The position numbers and the translations under genes were made by a program. Shown here in pieces: positions 61,390 to 64,000 of a DNA stretch of 64,000 nucleotides. Numbering within the stretch: position 1 is the first letter of the stretch; every line of letters begins with the position of its first letter. The DNA lies in the IMG/VR virus record IMGVR_UViG_3300025646_005482, positions 64,001-128,000 of that record. One strand, written 5' to 3'. Origin of the DNA: a virus. The notes beneath the pieces are model-generated. The model did not search any database. It saw only the letters and a list, made by a program, of their open reading frames with translations, and had not been told where the DNA came from.

Positions 61390-64000
61390 TGCCATTTATA
61401 GGTAAGGAAAATTTAGCTGGTCAATATGCACTATTAGATAGTATCACTACTGATGGTAGTGTTTCATATAGCCTGCTGCGCGACGGAGTAGCGTTCGTAC
61501 CATACTCTGAGCGAAATATGATCGTGTCTGTAAACGGTGTCACACAGGCCCCAGTCGCTGCGTATACGATTAGTGGATCAACAATTACATTTGCCGAAGC
61601 ATTGACATCGAGCGATGTAATTGATTATATTCTTATTTTAGGTGATGTATTTGATATTGGTCGACCTTCAGATGACTCAGTTGATACAGCATCAATAAAA
61701 GATGGTGCCGTTACGAATGCAAAAATAGATACAATGGCGGCAACAAAACTCACCGGTACTATAGCAAATGCAAGATTGCCAGATGATATTACAATCGGTG
61801 GTAATTTAGTTGTCAGTGGTAACCTACAAATTGATGGAACAACCACTACAATTAATTCTACTACTCTTACTGTTGACGACAAAAATATTGTTCTTGCTAG
61901 TGGAGCTGAAAATGCGGCAGCTGCCGATGGTGCAGGTATTACTGTTGATGGTGCAAGTGCAACTCTAACTTATAATTCTAGTCCTGATGCATGGTCGTTT
62001 AATAAAAATGTGGGTATTGGTACTACGAGTCCTGATGGAAAGCTCAATGTATTTTCTGCAAGCGCAGGAAGCGTTAGTGCGGATGCCGACGCGGATGAAC
62101 TTGTTTTAGAAAACAGTGGTAATGTAGGCCTTAGTTTGTTAACTGCTGGTACGGGCGAGAGTGGCATTTATTTTGGTAATCCAGGCACTAATGGGCAAAA
62201 GGATTTTTACTTAAAGTTTTACCACGAATTACATGCAACAACAGCAAACCGTAGAGCCTTTACGTTTAATACGGCTTCTACAGAGCGCATGCGTATCGAT
62301 GCGTCGGGTAATGTTGGAATTGGCACAAACAATCCTGCTTATAATTTAGATGTAAGCAAAGGCTCTGCGGGTACAGCCGCTAGGTTTACAGCAAGCACTG
62401 ATAACGGCCGAGGATTGTCATTTACTTCTTCTGATAATGGCATTTATCTTGGTGCTATTTGGACACGAGACGTAGCTTCTGCAGCCGGTGTTCATGCTTG
62501 GTCTATAAATTCATCTGAAAAAATGCGTATTAATAGCGCTGGTGAGTTAAACATCAACGGAACTGGCGCTAATCTTTTAACGGGTAGTGGCAGAGGTGTT
62601 CTTTCTATAGATGGTACATCAGACAGCGGTATGGAGTTTAAAGCCGCAGGTACAACTTATGGTTATCTTTACACGTCCTCTGGCGAGTATAGACTAGCCG
62701 CTTACACAGCAATTCCTCTTACGTTTTTTACAAGCAACGCAGAGCGCATGCGTGTCGATAGCTCTGGTCGCTTGCTAGTTGGTAAAACATCGTCAAGCAT
62801 TACAACTGCTGGAAGTGAAGTGACAAGCGGATCAATACTACAATCTGCGTCTAGCACTTCAACAAACCTTGCTACTAACAATGGGGCAGTAATAAACCTG
62901 TGTAATATATCAGCTACAGACGGCAACTTTTCAAACATAGGTGGGTACAACAGTAATGGCTTAGTTGTATCTCAAATGAACTTTATCAATCTAAGTCACT
63001 CAAGCAGAACAGGGGCTATTACTTTCTCTACGCATAGCGGCTCTGCTCTAAATGAAGCCATGCGTATCGATAGCTCTGGTAACGTAGGTTTTGGACTTAC
63101 GGCTCCTGGCGCAAGATTAGACATACAAACTCCTAGTTATGCCACTAGCACAACTGATGGTATGATTAAGTTTAATGATTCTGTAAATGGACAACACACT
63201 GCTATTCAGTCGTATCATGTTGGAGGTCAAGGCGCTGATATTCATATAGGTACTAATGGCTATGTTAATACTTCGGGCAGTTTTTCTCGATGGTCTGCAA
63301 GCTATGCAGGTGCCATTGCTTCTTTCTATAGACAAGGCGTTATTGCTTTTAATACAAATAGTAGTTCTGGTGCTGTTGCAGAAAGAATGCGTATCGATCC
63401 GTCGGGTAATGTCGGTATTGGTACTTCTCCAACTTATAGATTGGATGTGTCGGGCGCAATTAGGGCGACAAATACCAGCGGTTCAACCATTATTGCTAAC
63501 AGAACTTCCAATCCAGGTTCATTAGAACTTCAATATGATGGAACCCAAACTGCGCAGTTTTCAGCGTTATCTGGCGGTGGAGTTGCCACCTATGTAGGTT
63601 CTACTCCAACAGAAGCCATGCGTATTGATAGCTCTGGTAACTTGCTGGTTGCTACTACTGATAATGCTAGCGCAACTGGTACAGTTTCTGGTATTAGGCT
63701 TCTTGCCAACGGCATATTTACTGCGGCAACGTCATCTGACTCCATGTACATATCTAGAAGAACAACTACTGGTGCTATCATTCAATTTAGGTACAACACA
63801 ACTAATGTTGGAACTATTAGCACAAACGGCTCAACAACATCTTACAACACCTCATCAGACTACCGCCTCAAAGAAAACGTAGTAAGTCTAGACAACGCTA
63901 CAGACCGTCTTAGGCAAATCCCTGTCCATCGCTTTAATTTTATTGCAGACCCTGACACAACTGTAGACGGATTTGTTGCGCACGAAGTTGCTGATGTAGT
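61389..64000 (+). CDS. Long tail fibre with C-terminal peptidase S74 intramolecular chaperone (runs off window; not in ORF track)
   Basis: MPFIGKENLAG...; six ExMRID/NxxG repeats; in-frame TSSDYRLKENV..GFVAHEV near the window end. Confidence 0.9.
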   Translation, partial: MPFIGKENLAGQYALLDSITTDGSVSYSLLRDGVAFVPYSERNMIVSVNGVTQAPVAAYTISGSTITFAEALTSSDVIDYILILGDVFDIGRPSDDSVDTASIKDGAVTNAKIDTMAATKLTGTIANARLPDDITIGGNLVVSGNLQIDGTTTTINSTTLTVDDKNIVLASGAENAAAADGAGITVDGASATLTYNSSPDAWSFNKNVGIGTTSPDGKLNVFSASAGSVSADADADELVLENSGNVGLSLLTAGTGESGIYFGNPGTNGQKDFYLKFYHELHATTANRRAFTFNTASTERMRIDASGNVGIGTNNPAYNLDVSKGSAGTAARFTASTDNGRGLSFTSSDNGIYLGAIWTRDVASAAGVHAWSINSSEKMRINSAGELNINGTGANLLTGSGRGVLSIDGTSDSGMEFKAAGTTYGYLYTSSGEYRLAAYTAIPLTFFTSNAERMRVDSSGRLLVGKTSSSITTAGSEVTSGSILQSASSTSTNLATNNGAVINLCNISATDGNFSNIGGYNSNGLVVSQMNFINLSHSSRTGAITFSTHSGSALNEAMRIDSSGNVGFGLTAPGARLDIQTPSYATSTTDGMIKFNDSVNGQHTAIQSYHVGGQGADIHIGTNGYVNTSGSFSRWSASYAGAIASFYRQGVIAFNTNSSSGAVAERMRIDPSGNVGIGTSPTYRLDVSGAIRATNTSGSTIIANRTSNPGSLELQYDGTQTAQFSALSGGGVATYVGSTPTEAMRIDSSGNLLVATTDNASATGTVSGIRLLANGIFTAATSSDSMYISRRTTTGAIIQFRYNTTNVGTISTNGSTTSYNTSSDYRLKENVVSLDNATDRLRQIPVHRFNFIADPDTTVDGFVAHEVADV

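Overview
64 kb segment of a large T4-like (Tevenvirinae/Kyanoviridae-grade) myophage genome, probably from an aquatic Gram-negative host (PhoH, several 2OG-Fe(II) oxygenases, VrlC-like baseplate genes, Rz/Rz1-like spanins; the host cannot be named from sequence). Left to right: nucleic-acid and auxiliary genes (GIY-YIG-like nuclease end, glutaredoxin, GT4 glycosyltransferase, rnh, phoH, exonuclease, 2OG-Fe(II) oxygenase); an 8-gene minus-strand operon of secreted/membrane proteins with pilin-like and chaperone-like members; an early-gene island with sigma70-type promoters and IHF-like and palindromic operator sites; gp33-gp59-gp32; tail/baseplate genes (tape-measure candidate, gp51, gp26, gp54-like, gp2, gp4, gp48, gp53, gp27-like, gp5, gp25, gp6, gp7, gp8, split VrlC-like); then fibre genes interleaved with oxygenases and a holin-like/spanin cassette. 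The most striking signals are (1) a 625-aa fibre-region protein whose QPAY/YPxR motifs form an exact amino-acid-level 'reverse complement' (29 motif pairs, all 28 spacer lengths mirrored), implying one giant self-pairing beta-hairpin next to prolyl-hydroxylase-like enzymes; (2) a phage-borne, usher-less pilus-like envelope operon; (3) two tandem Hint domains with polyproline linkers ending a split VrlC-like protein; (4) a probable -1 frameshift fusing gp26 and gp51. All calls come from motif recognition and synteny by eye; no database searches were run.
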